Positions 9,953-20,508 of a stretch of 64,000 nucleotides of DNA are shown here, piece by piece; position 1 is the stretch's first letter, and the number at the start of each line of letters is the position of its first letter. This DNA comes from Candidatus Latescibacterota bacterium (GTDB taxonomy: Bacteria; Latescibacterota; UBA2968), in assembly GCA_965204375.1 (NCBI GenBank), contig OZ241986.1:1216001-1280000 (forward strand), written 5' to 3'. Made by a program: the position numbers and the translations under genes. The notes under the pieces are model-generated. The model did no database searches and was not told the DNA's origin. It worked only from the letters and a program-made list of their open reading frames with translations.

Positions 9953-9981
9953 AAAATAGCCCAAAGTCTGAAGGTTGTCAA
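9953..9981 (-). promoter_or_regulatory. Putative sigma70 promoter of the methyltransferase-HNH-helicase operon
   Basis: Minus strand TTGACA-17 nt-TATTTT about 100 bp upstream of the methyltransferase ATG. Confidence 0.55.
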
Positions 9982-10110
9982 GATATTGGGGAGTGAGGAT
10001 TGAGAAGCATTAAGAGATTGAATTTATGGGGAGGATCATTGCAATATCAGGATATGATTGGCAAAGAGAAATACGCAAGTCGCATTGTCATTCTCGGTAA
10101 AATTTCCAAC

Positions 10111-11145
10111 TTATTGTCGAGGTTGTGTTTGTGAAGGTGTAATTGTCCGAGAGAGATTATCAACTACGACTTTTGGGACTTGGATTGATTCGTCCTCTTT
10201 TCGGAGAATACCTGAACTACCAAAATGTGCAATCGAATCGACCAACTGTGCCAAAATCAGATCTCTTTGCTCTGGCGTAATGGCAGATTCAACAAAAGCC
10301 TCAATGCTATTTGCGACTCTTTGTCGGTGTTCGTTGTGTTGTGCCAGGTGCATATGTGCCCGCAATATCCTTAAACAAAAAGCGATAATTCCCCCCAATG
10401 CACCAACGATTGTAATGCGAACAGCAGAAGAATACACTATTGACTTCGTTTCCCCTTCAGGTTGAATAAAAAATCCAAATATCACAGCGGCAACAAAGAA
10501 CGACAGTATGGCACCGCCACTTAACCAACTCCAAAGCTTTACCCGTTTATTGTGATCTTGTTGAGCAAGACGAAATTGTTCCTGTGCCGCTTCAACAGAG
10601 ATCCCAGATGCTGTTCGTCGCGCCCTGTTTTCTATCTCCTCAGCTAATGTGCGTGCTTCCTCGATAGTCTTATTTGCTTCTTCCTTTACACGGGTAAGGG
10701 CATTTTCTGATTCTTGCTTCATTACCTCAATGGCTTGATTGTATTCTTTTTTTATTCCTTCATCTTCTAAGAAGCCTCGGTCTTCCATCGCTGCAGTAAT
10801 AACATTCGGCCAATACCTGCTAATCTCCTCAAATTGTGCTTGAAATTGACTGAGAAAATTTTCCTTTTCTGCAACGTATTCAGGCACATCTCTTTCACAT
10901 TGGTCATTCATATATTGGCAAATGGATGATAAAATACTGTTTATATTATCTATTACCCCTCCATGAACGTCCGAAGCAAATTGGAGAATAAGATCAATTT
11001 TTTTGTTTAGAATCTCCAACTTGGGTTCTATTTCTTCCTTTAGAGAGATCTCTCCAAGTTCTGGACGCAGCAATTTATCCCGATCAATATCATTTAGTTC
11101 TTCAACAGTTCGCATCAGGGTCTGGATCTGATCTTGGTTCGCCAT
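10111..11145 (-). CDS. Hypothetical protein: soluble N-terminus, coiled coil, two TM helices, cytoplasmic tail
   Basis: AT-rich ORF; E/K/A-rich heptads followed by two hydrophobic segments (LWSWLSGG...FFI; ITIVGALGGIIAFCL); ATG at 11145 after GGAGA. Confidence 0.8.
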   Translation of the reverse strand: MANQDQIQTLMRTVEELNDIDRDKLLRPELGEISLKEEIEPKLEILNKKIDLILQFASDVHGGVIDNINSILSSICQYMNDQCERDVPEYVAEKENFLSQFQAQFEEISRYWPNVITAAMEDRGFLEDEGIKKEYNQAIEVMKQESENALTRVKEEANKTIEEARTLAEEIENRARRTASGISVEAAQEQFRLAQQDHNKRVKLWSWLSGGAILSFFVAAVIFGFFIQPEGETKSIVYSSAVRITIVGALGGIIAFCLRILRAHMHLAQHNEHRQRVANSIEAFVESAITPEQRDLILAQLVDSIAHFGSSGILRKEDESIQVPKVVVDNLSRTITPSQTQPRQ

Positions 11146-11205
11146 ATTTGATTTGGTCTCCAATAAAAATTAGACACTTATGGAATTATAAGTGCCTAAA
11201 AAAAG

Positions 11206-11278
11206 TGGAGCCGAGCGGGATCGAACCGCCGACCTTTTGACTGCCAGTCAAACGCTCTCCCAGTTGAGCTACGGCCCC
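11206..11278 (-). tRNA. tRNA-Ala(GGC), CCA not encoded
   Basis: GGGGCCGTAGCTCAACTGGGAGAGCG TTTGA-CTGGCAG-TCAAA AGGTCGGCGGTTCGATCCCGCTCGGCTCCA folds as a cloverleaf; G3:U70 pair present. Confidence 0.97.
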
Positions 11279-11295
11279 ACATCTATACGCAGTCA

Positions 11296-11324
11296 AGAGT
11301 AACAAAATGGGATGGGTCTGTCAA
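11296..11324 (-). promoter_or_regulatory. Putative sigma70 promoter of tRNA-Ala
   Basis: TTGACA-17 nt-TACTCT just upstream of the tRNA. Confidence 0.6.
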
Positions 11325-11352
11325 GTAAAAAGCCGATCACGAATCTTACGGA

Positions 11353-11389
11353 TGAACTGGCCTGGGGAACGGCCTAGTTTTACACCGCT
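11353..11389. repeat. Dispersed ~36-bp hairpin repeat, copy 1
   Basis: TGAACTGGCCTGGGGAACGGCCTAGTTTTACACCGCT; similar to 59002-59037. Confidence 0.65.
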
Positions 11390-11469
11390 TAAAGGATTAC
11401 ATGGATTAAATTCTGTGCTTTAGGGGATTATGTAGGATAGTGCCGGTCGGCTCATGATGGAAGGTAAAA

Positions 11470-11595
11470 CTATTTCTTACGGGTAAGCATTCTACAAACC
11501 AACTCGATAAATTTGGCGAGAACCTCAAATATATCTACGCCACGCCCCAGATATAAGAGGTAAATAATGAAAACAACGATAAAAAAAAATTCCAT
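11470..11595 (-). CDS. Possible 41-aa hydrophobic microprotein
   Basis: Manual translation MEFFFIVVFIIYLLYLGRGVDIFEVLAKFIELVCRMLTRKK; co-oriented with the cassette genes; no clear RBS. Confidence 0.3.
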   Translation of the reverse strand: MEFFFIVVFIIYLLYLGRGVDIFEVLAKFIELVCRMLTRKK

Positions 11596-11672
11596 CTTAG
11601 GGAAAACGCCTACGATACTGCGACCTGGTGGCGTGACTTTTGCGCCAAAGACACAGCCTTTGCTTATGTTGC

Positions 11673-12143
11673 CTAAAATTCTAAAAGTGCTTGTTTCAGT
11701 GGGTCTGTGATTATAAAACTACCATCCTTTTGAATATTATTGTCCATGCACACAACTATATCATTTGGCCCGTCACCTGCATTATCGGTTAGTGTAATAT
11801 GAGTCTTCATCTCGTGAGCTAACCAACAAATACGATCGTCCAAGCGCAATTCTAATGGTTCTCCATATTTTTTTGTTAGAATTTTTTCAAGATTTCTATA
11901 CAAAATTTTATCTGCCGCAGGTTCCTGTTTTTTGAAGCGATAAGTAATTTGGCGAAGTCTTCCGTTTACAAGGGACTGTAGGCCATCAAAATAATATTCT
12001 AAACTACATTGACGATCAAAAATTTTTCCTTCATAATATAGATAGTTGTCATGGTGCTTTTCAGATTTCGTCCATTTTTCCAGATCTTCAACATTCCCAG
12101 TTCCATCTCCCCAAAAGACTCCTCTGATTTTATATTCATTCAT
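11673..12143 (-). CDS. Hypothetical protein (156 aa)
   Basis: ATGA overlap with the upstream gene; AAGGAG RBS. Confidence 0.75.
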   Translation of the reverse strand: MNEYKIRGVFWGDGTGNVEDLEKWTKSEKHHDNYLYYEGKIFDRQCSLEYYFDGLQSLVNGRLRQITYRFKKQEPAADKILYRNLEKILTKKYGEPLELRLDDRICWLAHEMKTHITLTDNAGDGPNDIVVCMDNNIQKDGSFIITDPLKQALLEF

Positions 12144-12472
12144 ATCTTCTCCTTCAATGAAATAATGAAGCGAATTTCACCATCCTCTTCCAAGATAGTG
12201 CCTTCATATATCCCTCTGCCATATTCTTCTATCCATTTTGTTGTGTCTTTATTGGTGAAATGCCTGCACGATGTTGGAAAGGTTTTTGTCACTTTTTTTA
12301 CGGTTGACCCACTAAGCGCATTAGTTCCGGTATCGAAACCAATAAGAATTTCAGATTGCCCTCGTTTTTTTAACTGACTATACAGATACCGGGTATCTTC
12401 GGCACAAAAACCAAACCCAAAACGCCCATCACCCTTACTCTGTGTCGTGAGGACAACTTGGCGATATACCAT
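12140..12472 (-). CDS. Hypothetical protein (110 aa)
   Basis: AGGAGG RBS before ATG; coupled to the downstream ORF. Confidence 0.75.
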   Translation of the reverse strand: MVYRQVVLTTQSKGDGRFGFGFCAEDTRYLYSQLKKRGQSEILIGFDTGTNALSGSTVKKVTKTFPTSCRHFTNKDTTKWIEEYGRGIYEGTILEEDGEIRFIISLKEKI

Positions 12473-12523
12473 TATTTCCTCCTGAATAGGGATAAAAAAG
12501 GCAATAACATAACCTTTGCCCTG

Positions 12524-12865
12524 CTACATAAAAAATAATCTTTTGAATCCCGTCATTATCTCATGGCGGTAGTGATCGCAGAGCCAGCGGTATGTGGTTT
12601 GGGCATCTGCATTACTGCTGTATCTTACACACGCTGGCTTTTCCCTCATACTGTGGGGCAGAAAAACGATCCAGTTTCCGCTACAGTATGCTTGACGTAT
12701 CTCCTCTGTTGCAAGTACCATCTGGCCAGTGTGAATGTACATAATGACACCCCTTTCCACGTAGTGACACAGCGTAGCTTTCGCATTTATAAGATGAATT
12801 GGTTTTCGGCCGCCTTTTGTCCAGCGTTCCAAGTACGAATATATGCCGGCCTGTTGAAAAGTCAA
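12524..12865 (-). CDS. Hypothetical protein (up to 113 aa; start uncertain)
   Basis: Co-oriented ORF; an internal ATG (MYIHTG) after GGGGTG is an alternative start. Confidence 0.45.
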   Translation of the reverse strand: MTFQQAGIYSYLERWTKGGRKPIHLINAKATLCHYVERGVIMYIHTGQMVLATEEIRQAYCSGNWIVFLPHSMREKPACVRYSSNADAQTTYRWLCDHYRHEIMTGFKRLFFM

Positions 12866-13003
12866 CGGCTATTTTTTATATCAGCAGTAACTTATGCGTA
12901 ACTATTTTAAAAATAGGAATATATAAAATGGATCGGCACTATCTTACATATCCTCCCGTGATTTATTGAGGATATGAGTGTACTGTGGTATATCGCTTAG
13001 AGA

Positions 13004-15028
<2,025 letters not shown>

Positions 15029-15187
15029 TTAAGGGTTGGGCAGGTGCGAAGCGATGAATTCTCCCGGTCTTTTCCCCAGCGGGCGGGGTTGTCCAATTCA
15101 ATGCTGCGTTTAGTATAGACAATTTTGTTCGCATATTCAAGGTGGGCGCAATGTTTACCCGACAATAATGCAATCCCACGTCAGTTC

Positions 15188-16024
15188 TTAACTAAAAAGA
15201 AAGGCGGCGAGTCCAAGTAGCATCCCCGCTTTGAGCAGTTTGTTCAGGTATCCGAGTGCGTCTTTTTGCCAGAGGCGGATGAGGACGAAGACGAGCAAAA
15301 GGTTGAGGAAGACGATCAGGGAGAGATAAATCGAACTGTAAATGCCCAGGAGCGCGGGTATTGGGGTCGCGATGATGAGGATTGTAAAGATGCCGGTGAT
15401 CAGAATGCGTGCGATGTTTTCTCCCCAGGAGATGGGTACGGTGCTGCCCGATAATTGGCGGTCGCCAGCACTGTCTTCGAGGTCTTTGAGAAGTTCGCGT
15501 CCCAGGTGAAACAGAAAGGCAAAGCCCGCGATGAGATAGGGAGCGGATATGTTCTCAACGGCTGCGCCTCCATAGAGAAATGCCAGACCACCGAGCGCAC
15601 TTACTGTGAGATTGCCGATGAGAGGTACGCGTTTGAGATAGGTATTGTAAAGGATCAGGCACGCGATGGCAATGAGGGCAATGGCGAGGGCAGGCGTTGG
15701 TAGGGAAAGAGCGAGGAGAATGCCCGCGAGGAGGAAAATGCCCATTTCTATGCGGGCGATACCGGGGGATAAACGCCCCGAGGGGAGTGGCCGGTGCGGT
15801 TTGTTTATGCGGTCTTCGGTTATGCCACACAGGTCATTGAGCGCGTTGCCCCCTGCGGTGATGAGGGCGGCGGATAGCGCGGCAAAAAGCAGGGGTTCGG
15901 TGATCGTGTGAATCCCCAGCCAGCCGCCGAGGAGTACCGAGGCAAAGGTTATGAGACAGTTGATAGGGCGAGGCAGTTCAATCGCGGCGTAAAATCTGGT
16001 CTTGCGGAAGGCCATATTTTTCAC
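15188..16024 (-). CDS. UbiA-family prenyltransferase, DGGGP-synthase-like
   Basis: RPINC, NDLCGITEDRINKPHRPLPSG, RELLKDLEDSAGD; multiple TM helices. Confidence 0.85.
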   Translation of the reverse strand: MKNMAFRKTRFYAAIELPRPINCLITFASVLLGGWLGIHTITEPLLFAALSAALITAGGNALNDLCGITEDRINKPHRPLPSGRLSPGIARIEMGIFLLAGILLALSLPTPALAIALIAIACLILYNTYLKRVPLIGNLTVSALGGLAFLYGGAAVENISAPYLIAGFAFLFHLGRELLKDLEDSAGDRQLSGSTVPISWGENIARILITGIFTILIIATPIPALLGIYSSIYLSLIVFLNLLLVFVLIRLWQKDALGYLNKLLKAGMLLGLAAFLFS

Positions 16025-17709
16025 GCATCTTCAAAGACATCGTCTGCGTCTCGAATGGTGTAGCGATAGCCCTGTTCGGTGAGGAAGGTCTGGCGATTTC
16101 GGGCAAATTCTTGTTCGCGGGTGTCGCGCGTGACGAGGGTGTAAAAATGAGCCTGGCTGCCGTCGGATTTGGGGCGCAAAATGCGTCCGAGGCGCTGGGC
16201 TTCTTCCTGGCGGGATCCATAAGTGCCAGAAGTTTGAATGGCGACACTGGCGTCGGGCAGATCAACGGCAAAGTTGGCGACTTTGGATACGACGAGGATC
16301 TTGATTTTGCCCCTCCGAAATGCTTCGTAGAGGTGGTCGCGGTCTTCGGTCGGGGTTTTGCCCATTATTAACGGGGCGTCGAGTTCTCGTGCAATATATT
16401 CGACCTGGCGGATGTATTGCCCAATAACGAGGATTTGGTCGCCCTTATGTTTTTTGATCAGATGTTTGACCATGTGGATTTTGTCGGCATTTTCCGATGC
16501 AATGCGGAATTTGGCGCGTCTGTCTGCTATGGCATAGCTGAGTCGCTTGCCCTGTGGCAGTGGCAGGCGAATTTCACAGCATTCTGCGGTTGCTATCCAG
16601 CCGCTGGATTCGAGTTCTCGCCAGGGTACGTCGTAGCGCTTGGGGCCAATGAGAGAAAAGACATCGGTTTCGAGGCCATCTTCGCGCACGAGAGTGGCTG
16701 TGAGACCCAGACGCCGCCGGGATTGCAATTCGGCGGTAAAGCGAAATACAGGCGCAGGAAGCAGGTGAACTTCGTCGTAAATAATGAGGCCCCAATTGCC
16801 CTGATTGAAAATGCCGAAGTGAGGGAAGTCCTCCTCCCGGCTCTTGCGATAGGTCAGGATATTGTACGTGGCAATGGTAATGGGCCGAATTTCTTTGCGC
16901 TCGCCGGAATATTCGCCTATCTGGTCGTCGGTGAGGCTCGTTTTGTCGATGAGTTCCGCTTTCCACTGGCGCGACGCCGTGATATTGGTGGTCAGGATCA
17001 GGGTTTCGCACTGGAGGGTATTCATCGCCGCCATGCCCACAATGGTTTTGCCCGCGCCGCAGGGCAAGACTACTGTGCCGCTTCCGCCATCGGGACCTCC
17101 ACCCGCGTGGAATATATCGACTGCTTCGCGCTGATAATCGCGCAATGCAAAGGGATTTCCAGACAGGGCAGTCTGGCGATGTCGAAATTTAAGCGTTCTG
17201 CCTCTGAGGTATCCCGCGCGATCTTTGACCGGGAATCCAATGCGCGTGAGAGCCTGTTTGAGGTGCCCTCGATACAGGGGCAAAATGCGAATGCGATGGG
17301 GGTTGAGTCGCTTTTCAATATAGGGCTGGACGGTTTTGTGGCGGCAGATTTCAAGGATGATCAGGGGATCTTCGGAAGACAGGATGAGCGCGTCGCCTTC
17401 TTTGTCGAGATAGACTTTGCCATAGCGGCTCATTGCCTCGCGAATTTCAACGCCCACATTTTGGGGAATGTCGTATTTGCCATAGGTTTCGAGGGTGGCG
17501 ATGATTTCTTCGGTGGTGACGCCGGCTGCGGCAGCATTCCAGAGCGAGAGGGGATTGACGCGGTACGTGTGTATGTGCTCTGGGCTTTTTTCCAATTCGG
17601 CAAAGCGCACGAGCCGATCTCGCGCCGCTTCGTATCTGGGCGAGTTGACTTCGACGAGAACCGTGAGGTCGCTCTGAATGATGAGGGGGTTTTCGGGATT
17701 GTAGTTCAT
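16021..17709 (-). CDS. Bacterial XPB/Rad25-like DNA repair helicase
   Basis: PLIIQSDLTVLVEV, ELEKSPEHIHTYR, LPCGAGKT, DEVH, QRLGRILRPK. Confidence 0.95.
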   Translation of the reverse strand: MNYNPENPLIIQSDLTVLVEVNSPRYEAARDRLVRFAELEKSPEHIHTYRVNPLSLWNAAAAGVTTEEIIATLETYGKYDIPQNVGVEIREAMSRYGKVYLDKEGDALILSSEDPLIILEICRHKTVQPYIEKRLNPHRIRILPLYRGHLKQALTRIGFPVKDRAGYLRGRTLKFRHRQTALSGNPFALRDYQREAVDIFHAGGGPDGGSGTVVLPCGAGKTIVGMAAMNTLQCETLILTTNITASRQWKAELIDKTSLTDDQIGEYSGERKEIRPITIATYNILTYRKSREEDFPHFGIFNQGNWGLIIYDEVHLLPAPVFRFTAELQSRRRLGLTATLVREDGLETDVFSLIGPKRYDVPWRELESSGWIATAECCEIRLPLPQGKRLSYAIADRRAKFRIASENADKIHMVKHLIKKHKGDQILVIGQYIRQVEYIARELDAPLIMGKTPTEDRDHLYEAFRRGKIKILVVSKVANFAVDLPDASVAIQTSGTYGSRQEEAQRLGRILRPKSDGSQAHFYTLVTRDTREQEFARNRQTFLTEQGYRYTIRDADDVFEDA

Positions 17710-17712
17710 ATT

Positions 17713-19401
17713 TTATACGCGCTCTACCGTCACGTAATACGCGCCGGCGAGGCGATTCCCATTCGCGTCTATCCACCAGGTTTGCAAAGTTGCGGGACCG
17801 CTCGACAAATCCACTGTAAATGTTACGGATAGGTCATCGGGGCGCACGTCCATTTCATGTTCAGATCCTCCGATCTGCATCCACGCCCGATCCACAGGCA
17901 GTGCTTTTCCAGCCATCAATGTGCCGTCAACGCCTTCCATCACGGGGGCCGGTGCTGTAATTGCGAGATTCGATTCTCGAGGCCAGCGCCGCAAGGTGAT
18001 GTCGTATTTTCCGGATTGTGTAACTGCGAGTTGCCAGATACCGCTGTCCATCACACATCCGCGCACACCCCCGGGATTATCGCAATAGACCCCCATCCAA
18101 TCGCAACTGGACAATCGCGTGGAAATTTCCTCCTCTGTCCCAATGGAAATGGGGAAGTAAATATCGAGGTTTTTGCCAAGCGCATCCCACCACGCATCGT
18201 AATGCGCCCGCATCTTTTGCACGACATCGGGATGCTGGTCGGCGATGTTGTGTTCTTGCGCGGGATCGCTGTCGAGGTGATACAGTTCGGTATAATCCAC
18301 GAGACGCCAGCGATTCCATAAAACTGCGGCGTTGCCTTTGCGCGTGGTTCGATTCCCCGTTGGGACATTGTGGCCGTATTGTACGACGAGCATCCGGTCT
18401 TCCAATTCTTCGCGTTCGCGCAAGAGGCCAGTTAGAGAAACGCCATCACAGGCAGTTCCCTCTGGTTCGTCGAGATCGCAGAGGGAGATCAAGGTTGGCA
18501 ACACATCTGTACCGTGCGTGGGATCGGGTATATCGCGGGGGTCTCCCAATTGTCCTTCGGGCCAGCGAATAAAAAACGGAACGCGGTGACCGCCTTCATA
18601 GAGCGTGGTCTTTTTCCCGCGCATGCCGGCGTTGTACACGGTTTCTCCGTTTGCCGTCCCGTTATCAGTCATAAAAACCAAAATGGTATTGTCGCGCAAT
18701 CCGCTTTTGCGGAGAAATGCGTCGAGTTTACCCATGTTTTCGTCGATATTGGCAATCATACCGTAAAAACTGGCGACATTATATGCGACCTGGTCGAGAT
18801 AGGGTTGGCGGTATGCGTCGGGGACCCACAGCGGGGTATGGGGTGCGTTGGTGGCGATATACGCAAAAAACGGCGCGTCGCCCTGTTTCTCGATCCAGTC
18901 CATGGCTTCGTCAAACCACACATCTGTGCAATACCCTTCAAAAGTCTCAATTGTTCCATTGTGCCGATAGTGGTCGTCAAAATAATCATTCCCAAAATAA
19001 TCTGCAGCAGATGTAATGCCCCAGGCGGGATGGTGAATCGTTTCCTGAAATCCCCGATCCTGTGGGCGGTAGGGATAATTGTCGCCGAGGTGCCATTTGC
19101 CAAAATGCCCCGTGCGGTAGCCATTCATGCCGAAAATATCCGCCAGAGTCGGCAATTCGGGATTCATCAGCGACCGTCCCATGCATACAAATGTGGCGCC
19201 ATTGCGGAGTGCGTCCTGGCCTGTCAACAATTCGCCGCGCGTTGGCGTACACATGGGCGCGACGTGGAAATCCGTGAACCGAATGCTCTCGCCGTGTAAC
19301 GCGTCTAAATTCGGTGTTTTAAGGATCGGATTGCCGTGGCAAGAGAGATCGCCATAGCCCTGATCATCGGTCAAAACAAAAATCACATTGGGTTTGTCCA
19401 T
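17713..19401 (-). CDS. Arylsulfatase (formylglycine-dependent)
   Basis: PNVIFVLTDDQG, CTPTR, GKWHLG, YEGGHRVP. Confidence 0.95.
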   Translation of the reverse strand: MDKPNVIFVLTDDQGYGDLSCHGNPILKTPNLDALHGESIRFTDFHVAPMCTPTRGELLTGQDALRNGATFVCMGRSLMNPELPTLADIFGMNGYRTGHFGKWHLGDNYPYRPQDRGFQETIHHPAWGITSAADYFGNDYFDDHYRHNGTIETFEGYCTDVWFDEAMDWIEKQGDAPFFAYIATNAPHTPLWVPDAYRQPYLDQVAYNVASFYGMIANIDENMGKLDAFLRKSGLRDNTILVFMTDNGTANGETVYNAGMRGKKTTLYEGGHRVPFFIRWPEGQLGDPRDIPDPTHGTDVLPTLISLCDLDEPEGTACDGVSLTGLLREREELEDRMLVVQYGHNVPTGNRTTRKGNAAVLWNRWRLVDYTELYHLDSDPAQEHNIADQHPDVVQKMRAHYDAWWDALGKNLDIYFPISIGTEEEISTRLSSCDWMGVYCDNPGGVRGCVMDSGIWQLAVTQSGKYDITLRRWPRESNLAITAPAPVMEGVDGTLMAGKALPVDRAWMQIGGSEHEMDVRPDDLSVTFTVDLSSGPATLQTWWIDANGNRLAGAYYVTVERV

Positions 19402-19417
19402 ATCCTCTCCGGAAATA

Positions 19418-20431
19418 TTATTTGTCTTGAAAAAACGCGCGGTGAATGGTGAAAGATTTGGCGACGAGATCTACCCGTCTCAAAATGGGAGCCTTTTTTT
19501 TGTTGGGCGAGTAAAGTCCTATGTCGATAAAAAATAGCCGGTTGAGATCGACATCGACAAAAGCATAACTTTTAAAGGGGCCGCCTTTCCACTCGGCTTC
19601 GTTTTCCCAAAGACCCTGAAGTACTACAGCGAGTTTGCCCGCAAATTCGACCTGTCCAACGGTAACTTCGCCGTGGACAATGCGGTCGCCGCCAAACCAC
19701 CTTCCCATGATGTCGTCACGCTTTTGGATAACCCAGTCTTCGGTGAGTTGATCGGGGTGTACATCGTCTTCCCAATAGACGGAAAGCCAGCGGTTGGGAT
19801 TATCTCTGGCAAGCACGACAAAGTTGGGATAGGTTTCGAGGATGCGATAGCCAAAAGGCACGCGCACATTCCAACCATAGGTCTCGGCGAGTTCCTGGGT
19901 GACATCTTTGCGTTCGCCAAAGCTGTAAACATTTTCTCGCACACTGTGATCAACGGCATTTTCCAGAGTGCTATACAAACGATCGGATTCCATAAAGAGG
20001 TTTTCAACGGTGGTGTCTATATCTTTTCCCGATACGATATAAAGGGTTTGATCTTTGGCCCACACATCCTTTTTCCAGGTTACACCTGCGCGACCAGCCA
20101 AAATGGTTTGTTGCACCTCGGGACTGAGTATTTCTTTGACGAATTGCGCGGTGGGATGGTTGGCATTGAGAGGCGCGATAGCCATGAGGCTTTTGCGCTG
20201 TTCGTGTTTGTGCGCTTTGAGGAAATTGACATCGCCCCATGCAATTTCATAAATGCGCTCGGCCTGAGGCGTATAGATAACGGTTTCAAAAATTTCGCGG
20301 AGGGGATCTTCCAGCGTTTGCCAATCGGTAGAGTCGGCCAGTACGATGATTTTGCGGGCGGGACCGAGGGACTCGGGCAAGTGGTTGCCACATCCGACGC
20401 ACAAGAGCAGGAAAAATAGAAGAAGGCGCAT
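19418..20431 (-). CDS. DUF4837-like lipoprotein
   Basis: Start reassigned to MRLLLFFLLLCVGC (lipobox); KDVWAKDQ and QGLWE...GGPF motifs. Confidence 0.75.
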   Translation of the reverse strand: MRLLLFFLLLCVGCGNHLPESLGPARKIIVLADSTDWQTLEDPLREIFETVIYTPQAERIYEIAWGDVNFLKAHKHEQRKSLMAIAPLNANHPTAQFVKEILSPEVQQTILAGRAGVTWKKDVWAKDQTLYIVSGKDIDTTVENLFMESDRLYSTLENAVDHSVRENVYSFGERKDVTQELAETYGWNVRVPFGYRILETYPNFVVLARDNPNRWLSVYWEDDVHPDQLTEDWVIQKRDDIMGRWFGGDRIVHGEVTVGQVEFAGKLAVVLQGLWENEAEWKGGPFKSYAFVDVDLNRLFFIDIGLYSPNKKKAPILRRVDLVAKSFTIHRAFFQDK

Positions 20432-20508
20432 AAAACGGTACCCAGTAGAAAGGGGAACGAGAAAAGATAAAGATAATAGGATTTGGAGACAGAAACAATG
20501 TTCAAATT

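Larger units (their letters stand above)
11429..12950. mobile_element. Putative non-autonomous cassette bounded by inverted repeats
   Basis: 11429-11448 TATGTAGGATAGTGCCGGTC versus reverse complement of 12931-12950 TATGTAAGATAGTGCCGATC (18/20 match); TGT...ACA ends flanked by TA; AT-rich cargo; no transposase inside. Confidence 0.55.

Noticed and set aside
16417-17832. 471-aa plus-strand ORF and the many other long antisense ORFs in the track
   Set aside because: They are shadows of well-supported opposite-strand genes and have no motifs of their own.
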